Below are positions 35,892 through 49,109 of a DNA stretch of 64,000 bases, piece by piece. The translations under genes were made by a program, and so were the position numbers. The stretch is from the human T2T-CHM13v2.0 reference genome, Homo sapiens: NCBI RefSeq assembly GCF_009914755.1, contig NC_060942.1; one strand, given 5' to 3'. The notes under the pieces were generated by a model that was given only the letters and a program-made list of their open reading frames with translations, made no database searches and was not told where the DNA came from. The number at the start of each line of letters is the position of its first letter. The first letter of the stretch is position 1.

Positions 35892-36907
35892 TTACATTTT
35901 GGCATGATTTTGCAGTGGCTGGTACCGGTTGTTCCTTTCCATGTTTAGCGCTTCCTTCAGGAGCTCTTTTAGGGCATGCCTGGTTGTGACAAAATCTCTC
36001 AGCATTTGCTTGTCTGTAAAGTATTTTATTTCTCCTTCACTTATGAAGCTTAGTTTGGCTGGATATGAAATTCTGGGTTGAAAATTCTTTTCTTTAAGAA
36101 TGTTGAATATTGGCCCCCACTCTCTTCTGGCTTGTAGGGTTTCTGCCGAGAGATCCGCTGTTAGTCTGATGGGCTTCCCTTTGAGGGTAACCCGACCTTT
36201 CTCTCTGGCTGCCCTTAACATTTTTTCCTTCATTTCAACTTTGGTGAATCTGACAATTATGTGTCTTGGAGTTGCTCTTCTCGAGGAGTATCTTTGTGGC
36301 GTTCTCTGTATTTCCTGAATCTGAACGTTGGCCTGCCTTGCTAGATTGGGGAAGTTCTCTGGGATAATATCCTGCAGAGTGTTTTCCAACTTGGTTCCAT
36401 TCTCCCCATCACTTTCAGGTACACCAATCAGACGTTGATTTGGTCTTTTCACATAGTCCCATATTTCTTGGAGGCTTTGCTCATTTCTTTTTATTCTTCT
36501 TTCTCTAAACTTCCCTTCTCACTTCATTTAATTCATCTCATCTTCCATTGCTGATACCCTTTCTTCCAGTTAATCGCATCGGCTCCTGAGGCTTCTGCAT
36601 TCTTCACGTAGTTCTCGAGCCTTGGTTTTCAGCTCCATCAGCTCCTTTAAGCACTTCTCTGTATTGGTTATTCTAGTTATACATTCTTCTAAATTTTTTT
36701 CAAAGTTTTCAACTTCTTTGCCTTTGGTTTGAATGTCCTCCCGTAGCTCAGAGTAATTTGATCGTCTGAAGCCTTCTTCTCTCAGCTCGTCAAAGTCATT
36801 CTCCATCCAGCTTTGTTCCGTTGCTGGTGAGGAACTGTGTTCCTTTGGAGGAGGAGAGGCGCTCTGCGTTTTAGAGATTCCCGTTTTTCTGTTCTGTTTT
36901 TCCCCAT
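35892..36907 (-). pseudogene. ORF1: L1 ORF1p (RNA-binding chaperone), disrupted
   Basis: ATG at 36907 followed by 5 rather than 6 A (frameshift); stop at 36570-36572 and two more at 36519-36530; fragments MENDFDELREE... and ...RPNQRLIGVPE...QNHAKM. Confidence 0.95.
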
Positions 36908-37810
36908 CTTTGTGGTTTTATCTACTTTTGGTCTTTGATGATGGTGAGGTACAGATGGGTTTTTGGTGTGGATGTCCTTTCTGTTTGTTAGTTTTCCTTC
37001 TAACAGACAGGACCCTCAGCTGCAGGTCTGTTGGAATACCCTGCCGTGTGAGATGTCAGTGTGCCCCTGCTGGGGGGTGCCTCCCAGTTGGGCTGCTCGG
37101 GGGTCAGGGGTCAGGGACCCACTTGAGGAGGCAGTCTGCCCGTTCTCAGATCTCCAGCTGCGTGCTGGGAGAACCACTGCTCCTTCAAAGCTGTCAGACA
37201 GGGACATTTAAGTCTGCAGAGGTTACTGCTGTCTTTTTGTTTGTCTGTGCCCTGCCCCCAGAGGTGGAGCCTAAAGAGGCAGGCAGGCCTCCTTGAGCTG
37301 TGGTGGGCTCCACCCAGTTGGAGCTTCCCGGCTGCTTTGTTTACCTAAGCAAGCCTGGGCAATGGCGGGCGCCCCTCCCCCAGCCTCGCTGCCGCCTTGC
37401 AGTTTGATCTCAGACTGCTGTGCTAGCAATCAGCGAGATTCCGTGGGCGTAGGACCCTCTGAGCCAGGTGCCGGATATAATCTCGTGGTGCGCCGTTTTT
37501 TAAGCCGTTCCGAAAAGCGCAATATTCGCGTGGGAGTGACCCGATTTTCCAGGTGAGTCCATCACCCCTTTCTTTGACTCAGAAAGGGAACTCCCTGACC
37601 CCTTGCACTTCCCGAGTGAGGCAATGCCTCACCCTGCTTCGGCTCGCGCACGGTGCGCGCACCCACTGACCTGCGCCCACTGTCTGGCACTCCCTAGTGA
37701 GATGAACCCGGTACCTCAGATGGAAAGGCAGAAATCACCCGTCTTCTGCGTCGTCACGCTGGGAGCTGTAGACCGGAGCTGTTCCTATTCGGCCATCTTG
37801 GCTCCTCCCC
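36908..37810. promoter_or_regulatory. L1 5'UTR bidirectional promoter (sense on minus, antisense on plus), CpG-rich, YY1 site intact
   Basis: Dense CpGs at 37360-37800 against a CpG-poor background; gccatcttgg (YY1) at 37792-37801. Confidence 0.85.
37362..37556 (+). CDS. ORF0: L1 antisense ORF0, 64 aa (7 residues shorter than the 71-aa consensus)
   Basis: MAGAPPPASLPPCSLISDCCASNQRDSVGVGPSEPGAGYNLVVRRFLSRSEKRNIRVGVTRFSR*; strong Kozak gcaATGg; expression not shown. Confidence 0.7.
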   Translation: MAGAPPPASLPPCSLISDCCASNQRDSVGVGPSEPGAGYNLVVRRFLSRSEKRNIRVGVTRFSR

Positions 37811-38037
37811 GGAAACTGCAACTTTTAAACTGTCAGATCTTGTGAGAATTCCCTCACTATCATGAGAACAGCATGGGAAAAACCACCCCCATGATCCAGT
37901 CACCTCCCACCAGGTCCCTCCCTCAGCATGTGGGGAATTACAATTTGAGATGAGATTTGGGTTGGGACACAGAGCCAAACCATATCAGTGGGCATTGACC
38001 CTACTCTGGAGCTTATGTTGATTTTGATATTTTATTA

Positions 38038-38228
38038 CAGTGGCCAGCACTCTATGGCCCGCTGCCTATTTCTGTAAATAAAATTTTATTGCTACACTGC
38101 TACATTCATTCATATACATATTTTCTGTTACTTCTGGGCTATAATAGTTATAACATAGACCATATGGCCTCAAAAGCCTAAGGTATCTATCTGGCCCTTT
38201 ACAGAAAATATTCACTAACTGCTCCTCT
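38038..38228. mobile_element. MER58A hAT-Charlie
   Basis: gtaaataaaattttattg...gaccatatggcctcaaaagcctaaggtatctatctggccctttacagaaaa. Confidence 0.85.
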
Positions 38229-38779
38229 ACTAGATCAGAATGGCATTGTTTGTGAGTTTCCACTTCATTTCTGGCACCTGGTGATTTTTCTTCTTGTGTC
38301 AAGTTTGAGAGAGAGAGAGAAAGAAAGAAACATAAAAAAGAGAGATTTTAATTTTGGCTTTATTCCTTTGTGGGGAGCAGTCCTCACCAGCTCATTCCAC
38401 CACAGAGTTAAGAGTTCCTGGTATAATATGCAGAAATCTGAAATGCAATAGGAAAAAAATTACATGATGTCTTAGAAAAGAGGGAGGGATACAGGAATAA
38501 CAAGAGCTATAATGCAATCTATAATTTATCAGCATGTACATACAGATACCTTGCTTTATCAGCAAAAACAATCTCTTGATGTGTCCCTCTTCTCATATAT
38601 CTTAAAGCTATTTTCTCCTTTCTTTGCAAAATTGTTTCCAATTCTCTTTCGATTCATTAAGTATCCATTAATCAAGAATCACAAATTAAGGGTTAGGGTG
38701 AAAAAAAGAGATAAATTATTGTCCAGCCCTACTTCTGGATGCATATTCATTCATTTGTCAACACTTTGATCAATATAAA

Positions 38780-39021
38780 GGCAGCATAGCATATAGAGTT
38801 TCATCAGAACAGGGTGAGGTGAATGGAGAGTGCAAGTTCATGCAGCTCTTGTGTTTAATTGCTTTGTAAACATGAAGAATTTACATAAACTCTCCAGCCT
38901 CAATTTTCTACCTGTAAAAAGGGATTAATAATAGTAACTACTGTGAAAGTGAAATTGATTCATGTAAAGCATTTAGCTTAGTGTCTGTTACACAGCAATA
39001 GTTTGATGAATACCAGCTATT
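38780..39021 (+). mobile_element. MIR
   Basis: gcctcaattttctacctgtaaaaagggattaataatagta...catgtaaagcatttagc. Confidence 0.75.
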
Positions 39022-39047
39022 ATCATCATCATCATCATCATCATCAT
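39022..39047. repeat. (ATC)8 microsatellite at the MIR tail
   Basis: Direct read. Confidence 0.95.
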
Positions 39048-39208
39048 TGGTAACCATGGTAATGGAAAAGAAAACGCTGACTAATAGACATGAATTTTAT
39101 CCTGTAATGCTAGATGTTAAAAAAAAAGAAGAAGAAGAAAAAGAAAAGTTACTTTCTCCTTTCTCCTAAATCAAATGTTATATGTTTAGAAACCATCCCA
39201 GTAGTGGG

Positions 39209-39543
<335 letters not shown>

Positions 39544-39983
39544 AGAAACCATCCCACATCCCACTAGGATGGCAGTAAGTTCTATCTTAGCTATTTTTGA
39601 GACTGGTCTTTCCCAATCTCACAAATGTTTGCATTTCCTGTGGTGCACACATGGTCCAGAATATCTGCAGAAAGCCCATCTTTTCTTATCCATTGTGCTT
39701 GAAGATGGGTGGCTGTATTACTTTCATGAAAATTTCCCTCACCTCCCCAGGATAAAAATTTTAGTGTTTTGTTCCCACTACCACCACCTCCATTCCTATT
39801 ACAACCCCCACCTTCAGCTTCTCAGGGACTTTCACATGGAAGCTGGGTAACTGGAGGCTGGTCTCAGCTACTCCTGAGACCAATAAACCCATTTCTTCTT
39901 CCTAGTGTCTGGATATCCCAAATCTCCTGAAACACATTGGCTTCTAATGCCCTTCTGTCAGTTCAATTTCTCAGGATCCCACC

Positions 39984-40530
39984 TGTGATGGTTAATATTG
40001 AGTTTCAACTTGATTGGACTGAAGGATGCAAACTATTGTTCCTAGGTGGTCTGTGAGCTTGTTGCCAAAAGAGATTAACATTTGAGTCAGTTGACTGGGA
40101 AAGGCAGACCCACCCTCAATCTGGGTGTGCACCATCTAATCAGATGTCAGCACGGCCAGGTAGAAGCAGGCAGACAAACGTGGAAAGAATAGACTGGCTA
40201 AGTCTTCTGGCCTCCATCTTTCTACTGTGCTGGGTGCTTCCTACCCTCGAACATCAGACTAGAAGTTCTTCAGCTTTTGGACTCTTGGACTTACACCAGT
40301 GATTTGCCAGGGGCTTTCTGGCCTTTGGCCACGGATTGAAGGCTGCACTACTGGCTTCTCTACTTTTGATGTTTTGGGACTTGGACTGGCTTCCTGGCTC
40401 TGCAGCTTGCAGACGGCCTATCATGGGACTTCACCTCGTGATCGTGTGAGTCAATTCTCCTAATAAACTCTCCTTCATATATACATCTATCCCATTAGTT
40501 CTGTTTGTCTAGAGAACCCTGACTAATACA
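39984..40530 (+). mobile_element. MLT2A2-like (HERV-L) solo LTR, 547 bp
   Basis: tgtgatggttaatattgag...agagaaccctgactaataca; perfect TSD ccacc at 39979-39983 and 40531-40535. Confidence 0.92.
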
Positions 40531-40705
40531 CCACCCGAATGGCCTTTTAGAAACTCTGACCCTCTCATTCCAAGGGTTGCATGTGGGGAATGAGATACTG
40601 GAAGGAGGCTTTTGTTTTCTGACTATCCAGTTACACAATAAATTAAGTGAGCAAGTAATGAGACCATGATAACTGGACAGAGGGGAAATAAGAATGAAAG
40701 ACAAA

Positions 40706-41086
<381 letters not shown>

Positions 41087-41848
41087 TCAATATTATGTTT
41101 TCTACTTGGGCAAATGTATATGGCACATGTGTCCCAAATATAAGTGATTACCCCACTGTTTGAAGTTCTGTATTCATCTTGCTGTTTGAACTCCAATCAA
41201 TTTATTTTCTTACATCCTGCCTGGAAATGGTCTCTAGTACCGAGATAACTAAGAGTGTCAGAAGATCCTGGAGCAGTTTTGCAAAAGCCACAAAGACAAT
41301 GAAGAGTGAAAATAGAACCTATGTGAACGTTAGATTATCATTTAGTGGATAAAATGTAAAGAGGAAACCTAATAATGTTTGCCAGGTAGATAAAAGTTCT
41401 TCTACTGAACACATTGGCCAACTGTTCTTTGTTTCCGTGAAGGCAGAAACAAAAGGAAGCAACTTAATCTGAAGCCTAGGGGATTTAAAGACAAAGAGAA
41501 CTTGGTGATACTGAGGATTATTAAGCCTTATAATCTGCTTGGTGGGGATGCCATGGAGGTTTGGATTTACCAAAGCGCTCTTATGTCGAAGACGGGGAAG
41601 GAAAGTAATATTCCCTGATTGTCTCAACTGGTTGTTATGTTAATTCCAAGACCTACACTGTGTAGAGCTACATTATTTAGAAAATTACACTATTCCAATT
41701 AGAAATTTTAAAAATGCATAAACCATCATAAAAGTATTTCTATTACACCTTTTAAAATAATATTATGTTTAACTCTGAGCAGATAAAGGGCCAACTGCAA
41801 GGCTATATTTAAATAAATTAAATATGCAATATTGAATATGGTTCTGCC

Positions 41849-42343
41849 TGTTATGGGTTGAATTGTATCCTCCCCCAAAAAAGCTCACATGAAATCATAA
41901 ACCCCAGTACCTCAAAATGTGAACTTACTTGGAAATAGGTCATTGCAGATGTCATTACTTGTATCAGGATGAGGCCAGATTGAAGTGGTGGGCCACTAAT
42001 CCAATATGACTGGTGTCTTTATGAAAAGTGGAAATTTGGGGACAGATGCATACAGGGAAGACAATGTAAACACACAAGGAGAACTCCAGATGAAGATCAA
42101 AGCTAAGATTGGAGCGATCCTTCTAAAAGCCAGACCATCAAAGATTGCCAGCAAACCACAAGATGCTAGAGGAGAGGCATGGGATGGATTATTCTTCCCA
42201 CTCCTCAGAAGGAACCAACCCTGCTACCATGTTGATCTCAGACTTCTAGCATCCAATATTGACACTAAAATTGACAACAAATGTTTGTGTTTAAGCCACC
42301 CAGTTTGTGGTATTTGTTATGACAGCCCTAGAAAACTAATATA
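41849..42343 (+). mobile_element. MLT1C-like MaLR solo LTR
   Basis: tgttatgggttgaattgt...gcagatg...agattgccagcaaacca...gacagccctagaaaactaatata; TSD ctgcc/ttgcc. Confidence 0.88.
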
Positions 42344-43935
42344 TTGCCTCTGGCCACAAATAGATTTTAGTCTAATGGGAAAGAAAAGCAAACAGTAAGT
42401 GTTATAAATGATGCAATGGATGAGGTGTGTAGCATTATTCCCACGTAGGCACAAATCTGTGGCTTGCTTGGTAAAAAGAGTCTTGGGACAGTGCTGTGAT
42501 ACCCAAGCTGCTCACCAAACCCTCCCTCTCTTCCTCCTAAGTCACTCATCACTGTCACACATCATAGCCAAACTTCCCACCCCTAAGAATTGTGCTCGGA
42601 TGTCTGGCATCACTTGAATGCACCTGACCTTGTGTTCAGACATAGGCTACCCTACCCAGTTAATCAGACCTATTAGCATAAATCATGGTGCTGTTAATGT
42701 AGAGTAATGCAAAGGTATAATCTGCTTTAAGATCATAGACTATGCAACCTAATGATTAAAAATAGTGGTGCTGATTGAAAGTGGCAGTGAAAATCACAGT
42801 GAGTCAAGTTGTGCATGTGTGCATGTGTCTGTGTTTCTGTTTTTCACTGTCTGTCAAGCTCCCTAAAGCACAATTCTGCCAAAGCTCTTAGTATTTGAGT
42901 CAAAAATGATGTCAAAGTAAGTAGGAAAAAAATGAGAACATTGGCCTTGACTAACAGATTGGTTGATTAAAAAGTTAATTCAGTAATACAAGCTTTTATT
43001 CAATCTCTAGAATGTGCACTGAATATTTCTTTGACCTTTTATATTTCCCTTGGTGGTATATATTCAAGCCTCCGGCACCCAGTCAAAACTCCCCACCTAT
43101 TACCTCTTATTCCCACTCCATAAAAAAGGGAAGCAAATACCCGTCTATGTTCAGTGTGAGGAACCTGCATACATGCTAATTATCTGCAACCACTCTCCAG
43201 CTCAACTTGATTCTTTTTATCTTTCTACATGTAAAATTTGTTTCTGTTTTCAAATTCAGCATCTTGAATTATTTCTGTCAAGCCTCGCCTCAGCAGAAAG
43301 TAGATCCTTGGGTGGTCAGAGTAAAGGAAGGGAAAAGAGCAAGAATTGGGGAAAATGTTGGCTTTGGTTGTTTAAAGACTGAGCTGATTATCTCATTACT
43401 CCAGTTTCCGGCCCACTGGCCTGTGGAATGAGCACTCCTGGGTCACTCTGGGTTCCGGGGCACTACTGTGCTCTGTGCTCCACCCTTTCAGCTGCTGAGT
43501 TCATTCCTACTCCTGAGACAGTCTTTGATCTACTGAGTTAAGTTCTCAGGTAGAGAGTATTTTAATTGTGCAGCATGCTACACTGTCTGTGTTTTTTTAT
43601 CCTGTAACAATTAATTCATCAGCAAAGTCAAAGGAAAAGTTCTTTGATCCCAAAGGATAAAAACTTCCCTTTATCAATCAATCTTCATCTACTCTACTGT
43701 AATTATGGATTATTTACCCAGAGCTCATCTCCCTGGCAGCTATAGCTAAGACGTCCATTGCTAACAAATGAGATAACATACAAGGTGATTTGTCATTATT
43801 TCAGGTCATTAGTTCTTAAGTGTTTAAACCTATCTTTTCACAATTGCTCTTTTTGCTATAGTGCTGGGTCATGGAAGATTTGGGAATTTGGACTTTTTTA
43901 GGTGGGAAATAATTTGTTTGCTTAAAATTTCTAAA

Positions 43936-43937
<2 letters not shown>

Positions 43938-43975
<38 letters not shown>
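43938..43975. repeat. (AC)19 microsatellite
   Basis: Direct read. Confidence 0.97.
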
Positions 43976-43980
<5 letters not shown>

Positions 43981-44293
43981 AAGGGACAAACGATAATGAG
44001 AAAACTATATCAGAAAGGTCAACTGTTGTCTGGTTAAGAAAGAATAAGGTACTAAACGGAGTCATTTTAATATAAGGAAATATAACTTTACACAAAAGTT
44101 AAATTCTGTTCCTCCACTGACATTTTACTGATACAGCTTCCTTTGTTACTATAAGCTTCTACTGTCAATCAGGCCAAATGGGGAGGGAGAAAAAATGCCT
44201 TGTGGCTGAGACCATTACCTCAATCATGAAGAATCGTGCAAGGAATGCATGCATCGTCTGTTTCCTCAGGTTCACGGCTAAGAAAATGTAACT

Positions 44294-44313
44294 GTGCTGC
44301 CCTCTAATGGTTG
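44294..44313 (-). promoter_or_regulatory. Candidate CTCF motif
   Basis: Minus strand CAACCATTAGAGGGCAGCAC versus consensus CCASYAGRKGGCRS, one mismatch; motif only. Confidence 0.4.
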
Positions 44314-45633
44314 TCACCCCACAGGCTCAAGGTTGCCAGCATTGAGCTGATGAACCACCATTGTCAGGGACATCACCAGATAGGAAATGCAGAAGACAGA
44401 TTCTGAACCAAATGTGCATCATCTTTTCCAAAGGAATCACCATTGTTTCATCAGGACTAGAATTGGACTTTTTCAACATTTGTATTTGACTTGAGAAATT
44501 ATGGAGCTCTCAGAAACCAATGCCATATGCTTTTTCATGAATAGATTATGGAGCAGGAAGGATCCTGCTTTAGATTGTAATACAAATATATTGTCCTTGA
44601 GAGCAAAGACGACATTTTTCAGGAAGCAAGCGAGACCCAAAGTGTGCAGCAGTGCCCTTTAGGTACACTGATGATCTACCACATGCGTATCTATCTATAT
44701 CTGTAGCTATGTATCAATGCATGTATTTCTCTTTTAAAGCTGTAAATTCATTTACCTGAATATCTTAATCTGTTTTGGTAGTTTACCTTATGCCAGATTT
44801 TTTAGTGCAGTTTACATAATCAATTTCACCCTGTTAAAAGTTAAAACCAGAATCTTTGTCCAAGATTGACAGTTTGGGCTTCTAGATCTTCTACTTCCAG
44901 ACCTAAGTTTTAATTGACTCCAAATTGCTGATGGAAGAGTGGTGAAAGCGTTATGACTTGGATGTGTTTGGCACACTTTTCATCCCAGGAACCTGACCTT
45001 CGATTACCCCTCAAGTTTGACAAAGAAAAGAATCAGTCTATAATTACAGGCGAGCAAAAATAGGAAGGCTTCTTCCACACAGCCCAGGGAAGACCTGCAT
45101 CTAAACTAGCTGATCAAGTCACATAAATATTAATAACACTGTTTAAAGTGACATGTGGTTCTATTGGCCACGCCTCAGTCAGAGCTGCTTCTATAGCCCA
45201 GCTGCTAGTTGCTGTCTCTGAGATCCATTTATAAATAATTGAAGTGTTTAGAGTGAAATTACCACCCTGTATATGAAAGAGATCATTGTGTGAGCGCCCA
45301 TCAGATGGGGAATCCCAAATTACTGTTAGGTTGAAGAAGATGGGGCATGACATATTACACGTATGTGTGTGTGCATGTGTGTGTGTGGGGGGCAATCTCC
45401 TATAGAAGAGAGAGAGAAGAAGTTACTTCAATTGTTCCTTCATCTTCACCAGGTTAATGGTCTAGGTTAAAGCACTGGCTTTAATCCTAAACTACTGAAC
45501 TTTCATCTAGTTAAGAAATTGGGATTATAGTAAAGGGAAAAACATAGAGAAAGGGAAAAGCCAAATGTCAGAATGTGATAGCATTGCTACCACAGCATCA
45601 CAGAAGTGTATTTTCAATAATTTTAAAAAATCT

Positions 45634-45927
<294 letters not shown>

Positions 45928-48229
45928 TTCAACTCACACACATAAACAGAATTTTCAGTAACATTAAGACATACAAAGGAGGTAAAACTGCATTAGATAG
46001 CAGGAGGGAGAAGAAAAGTATTATAATTCAATCATTTCAGAAATAAAGACTTCCGTGGGTGAGGAGGAATGCACGTGACAAACTTCTTCACGTTAGACGA
46101 CACAGCAGTTCTATCTTTAATAATTTTATTCTAGGATATAAGAAGAATCAGTGTGTATATGGTTGACAAGGGTCAAATCCAGATTGAGTGAGTTTTCACT
46201 TTACAAATTGCAAAATATCCTCATTCTTATCTTCCCCAAACAGATTGCATTAATTCTGAAGGGAAGTTTGAGGCTGGATTTATTAATGGTTTTTTACAAA
46301 CATTTTTTAAAAGATGCTGATGAAACTAATTTGAAGCAGTTGGTGCAAGAGATTATAATAAAATAAGTATCGTGTTTCACTCTTCTAAAATTACCGAAAT
46401 AACTCATTCTTCAAAGTAAGAAAACATTGCTTCAAAAGCATATATGTTTTACCAGCAATTATTTATTGAGAATCTTTCCTGTTAAAAGTAGGGTACCAGA
46501 CTCTGTGGGGGGTTCAAAGATTTATAAGGCAGGGTTTCTGCCTCAAAGAATTTATAGTGCACAGAGATGTTCCAGTGGAATAAACCCGTGTTACTACATT
46601 GATTTTTGGATCATATCTAATTCAAAAGATTTCAAGACAACTCTCCCTTACAGAGTCTACTCAATTCCTATTGAATCATACATATGGGAAATGCAACAGG
46701 GATTTTTTTATATACACTATTGCTATAAAGACAGAGAAACCGCTTATGATAAAGGCTGAACTCACAATTCTAGTAGCTTTCCACTGGGATTATATTTGAT
46801 CAACTTGGAAGAACCATCTATAGTTTCTCAGAATAGCAAGACATTCTGAGAAGGATGAGATGGAGTTTAATTGTTATTTAACCTCTGGAGCCCATGCTGC
46901 CACAGGAGAGGATTCTAACTGGACTAGGATCTAAAAGAAGGGAAAAGGAGAAGGAAACTCAAGGCATACAATTGGTATATTCAAAAGACATTATTACCTG
47001 AACTACTAAAATTGACTAGTACTGAGATAGCTGCTATAATTGAAGCAAATATTATTTGCATCATCAGCTCACGTACTTCCTTTCAGCTGAGTTACTGAGC
47101 TAACTAACCACTTGTGCTACCCAGACTCTCAGTCAGCGTGTTCAACCAGACTATTTAGCTGACACATTTCTAGGATTCTGCACGTCCCTGTGTCCCATAG
47201 AAAATCATGGGGGTGGCACACACACTCTGTCTCTTCAAATTCAGCTTCCCTTAGGAATATGAGCTGCATCTTTGGTGGTATAATGTGGGAGGTGAGGGTG
47301 TTATATCCTCACAGACAGCTGTTTCATACTTAGATAAATGTTATATCTGTCAAACGTGTCGGCAGGATAAAGAGAAAGACCTGGAAAATGATGGGTGTAA
47401 AAAGCTAGACAACAGAGCAAATATTTTCCATCTATTGCTTTGTTTATTTCCTCCATTAATCTTAGAATGTGGCTCTGAGACCCTCTATTAGTGTTTTTGT
47501 ATTGATTGTGTTATTCATTTTATCCCTTACTCTTCAAAGCTTGCTCTGAGATCCTATATGGATTTTATATCTATATCTGTAGATGCTATAGAGGTCATAA
47601 CCTATCATAGCAAGGTGATTTGGGTGGAATTGCTGCCAGGCTGGTGGGCAGACCCATGTGCGTTAATGCATGGAATCCAGCTCCTTCATCAATCCAATCC
47701 CTCCTTCTCTTCTCATACACTGGCTCACAGTATGGCCTCTCAAAGAAAATGGAGCCAGATGTGAGAAAGAACACTGTAGGGAGATCCAGTCATCTCTGCT
47801 CATGGACTCTCCTGGGCCAGTCAAGGAATTGCTTTGTAGCACAAAGGTATGAAGTTGATTTGACAGCGAAATACTACCCTGTTGATCTAATTGATCTGAC
47901 AGTTCCTCTTCTTTCTCTATATGAAGCTACAAGGATGGCTGAAGAGGGAAGATTTCCCAGACAAAAAGAATCATTACTTTAGCCTTGGGGAGCTGAGCAA
48001 CCAAAATGTCACTGAAGCATTTTCATGTAACTCCTGCCGACATCCATGTCCTTTTTAAAGTATCCAGAGTTTATGAGGAAGAGTCCACAGCTCTGGAGGA
48101 ACACCTGGAGAGCAAGGTCGGAAAGGCTGATGGGCCATATGCCACCATGTTAGGTATCAATGTTCCTCTTAAATTCCCTCTCCGCTCATTTGACTCTTAC
48201 TATTTTAGTACATCTAACACTCCACTACC

Positions 48230-48345
48230 TTGAGAGATCTTTGAGAGCAGGAAATACGTCTTTTCCATTTTTATAGCTCTATCTCCTAGCATAGTACCTG
48301 GAACATACCAGCTTCCCTCTAAGTGATTGCTTAACTGAACTAACA
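48230..48345 (+). mobile_element. L2 3' end fragment
   Basis: ctttgagagcagga...cctagcatagtacctggaacata. Confidence 0.7.
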
Positions 48346-48676
48346 TCATACATCCTATATTGTGCGCCTGTCCCCAAATCATAGTTATAATAATCACCAT
48401 AAATCTAAATGACTTTCTCCTTTACTCTTGACAACCGAAAAGCAGTAAAACGTTCAAAGTATTGTGAGTCTAACACGGGAAATTTTCATGTATGACTGTA
48501 GATACAGAAACTAAAATTAACTAAAAGGACCAGTTTTACTTATGTTAGAAAGTAGCCTTAAACTCACAGGTAAAAAATTAAGCCCCCCTTGGTAAATGAT
48601 CACATGTTAATTTTTGTCTTGCCTGACAGCTATAATATTGAATCGTAAGAGTGCAGGTGGAGGCATCTTTGTCATG

Positions 48677-49109
48677 TTTTTCTTTTTTTTTAATTATACT
48701 TTAAGTTCTGAGATACATATGCAGAACATGCAGGTTTGTTACATAAGTATACACGTGCCATGGTGATTTGCTGCTCCCATCAACCCGTCACCTACATTAG
48801 GTATTTCTCCTAATGCTATCCCTCCCCTTGCCCCCAACCCCCCGACGGGCCCTGGTGTGTGACGTTCCCCTCCCCGTATCCATGTGTTCTAATTGTTCAA
48901 CTCCCACTTATGAGGGAGAATATGTGGTGTTTAGTTTTCTGTTCTTGTGTTAGTTTGCTGAGAATGATGGTTTCCAGCTTCATCCATGTCCCTGCAAAGG
49001 ACATGAACTCATTGTTTTTTATGGCTGCATAGTATTTCATGGAGTATATGTGCCACATTTTATTTATCCAGTCAGGCATTGATGGGCATTTGGGTTGGTT
49101 CCAAATCTT
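48677..49109 (-). mobile_element. 5'-truncated L1PA (about PA6/7) 3' end
   Basis: ttatactttaagttctgagatac...; ORF2 tail in ORF 48897-49079; no clear TSD. Confidence 0.92.

Noticed and set aside
45164-45173. ATTGGCCACG as an ERSE-II element
   Set aside because: ERSE-II needs a 1-nt spacer (ATTGG-N-CCACG), and there is no promoter context
47558-48233. Cluster of plus-strand ORFs (120 aa, 75 aa) as a possible exon or processed pseudogene
   Set aside because: No protein family recognised in the frames I read, no poly(A)/TSD, and non-ATG starts for some; BLASTX and PhyloCSF would be needed
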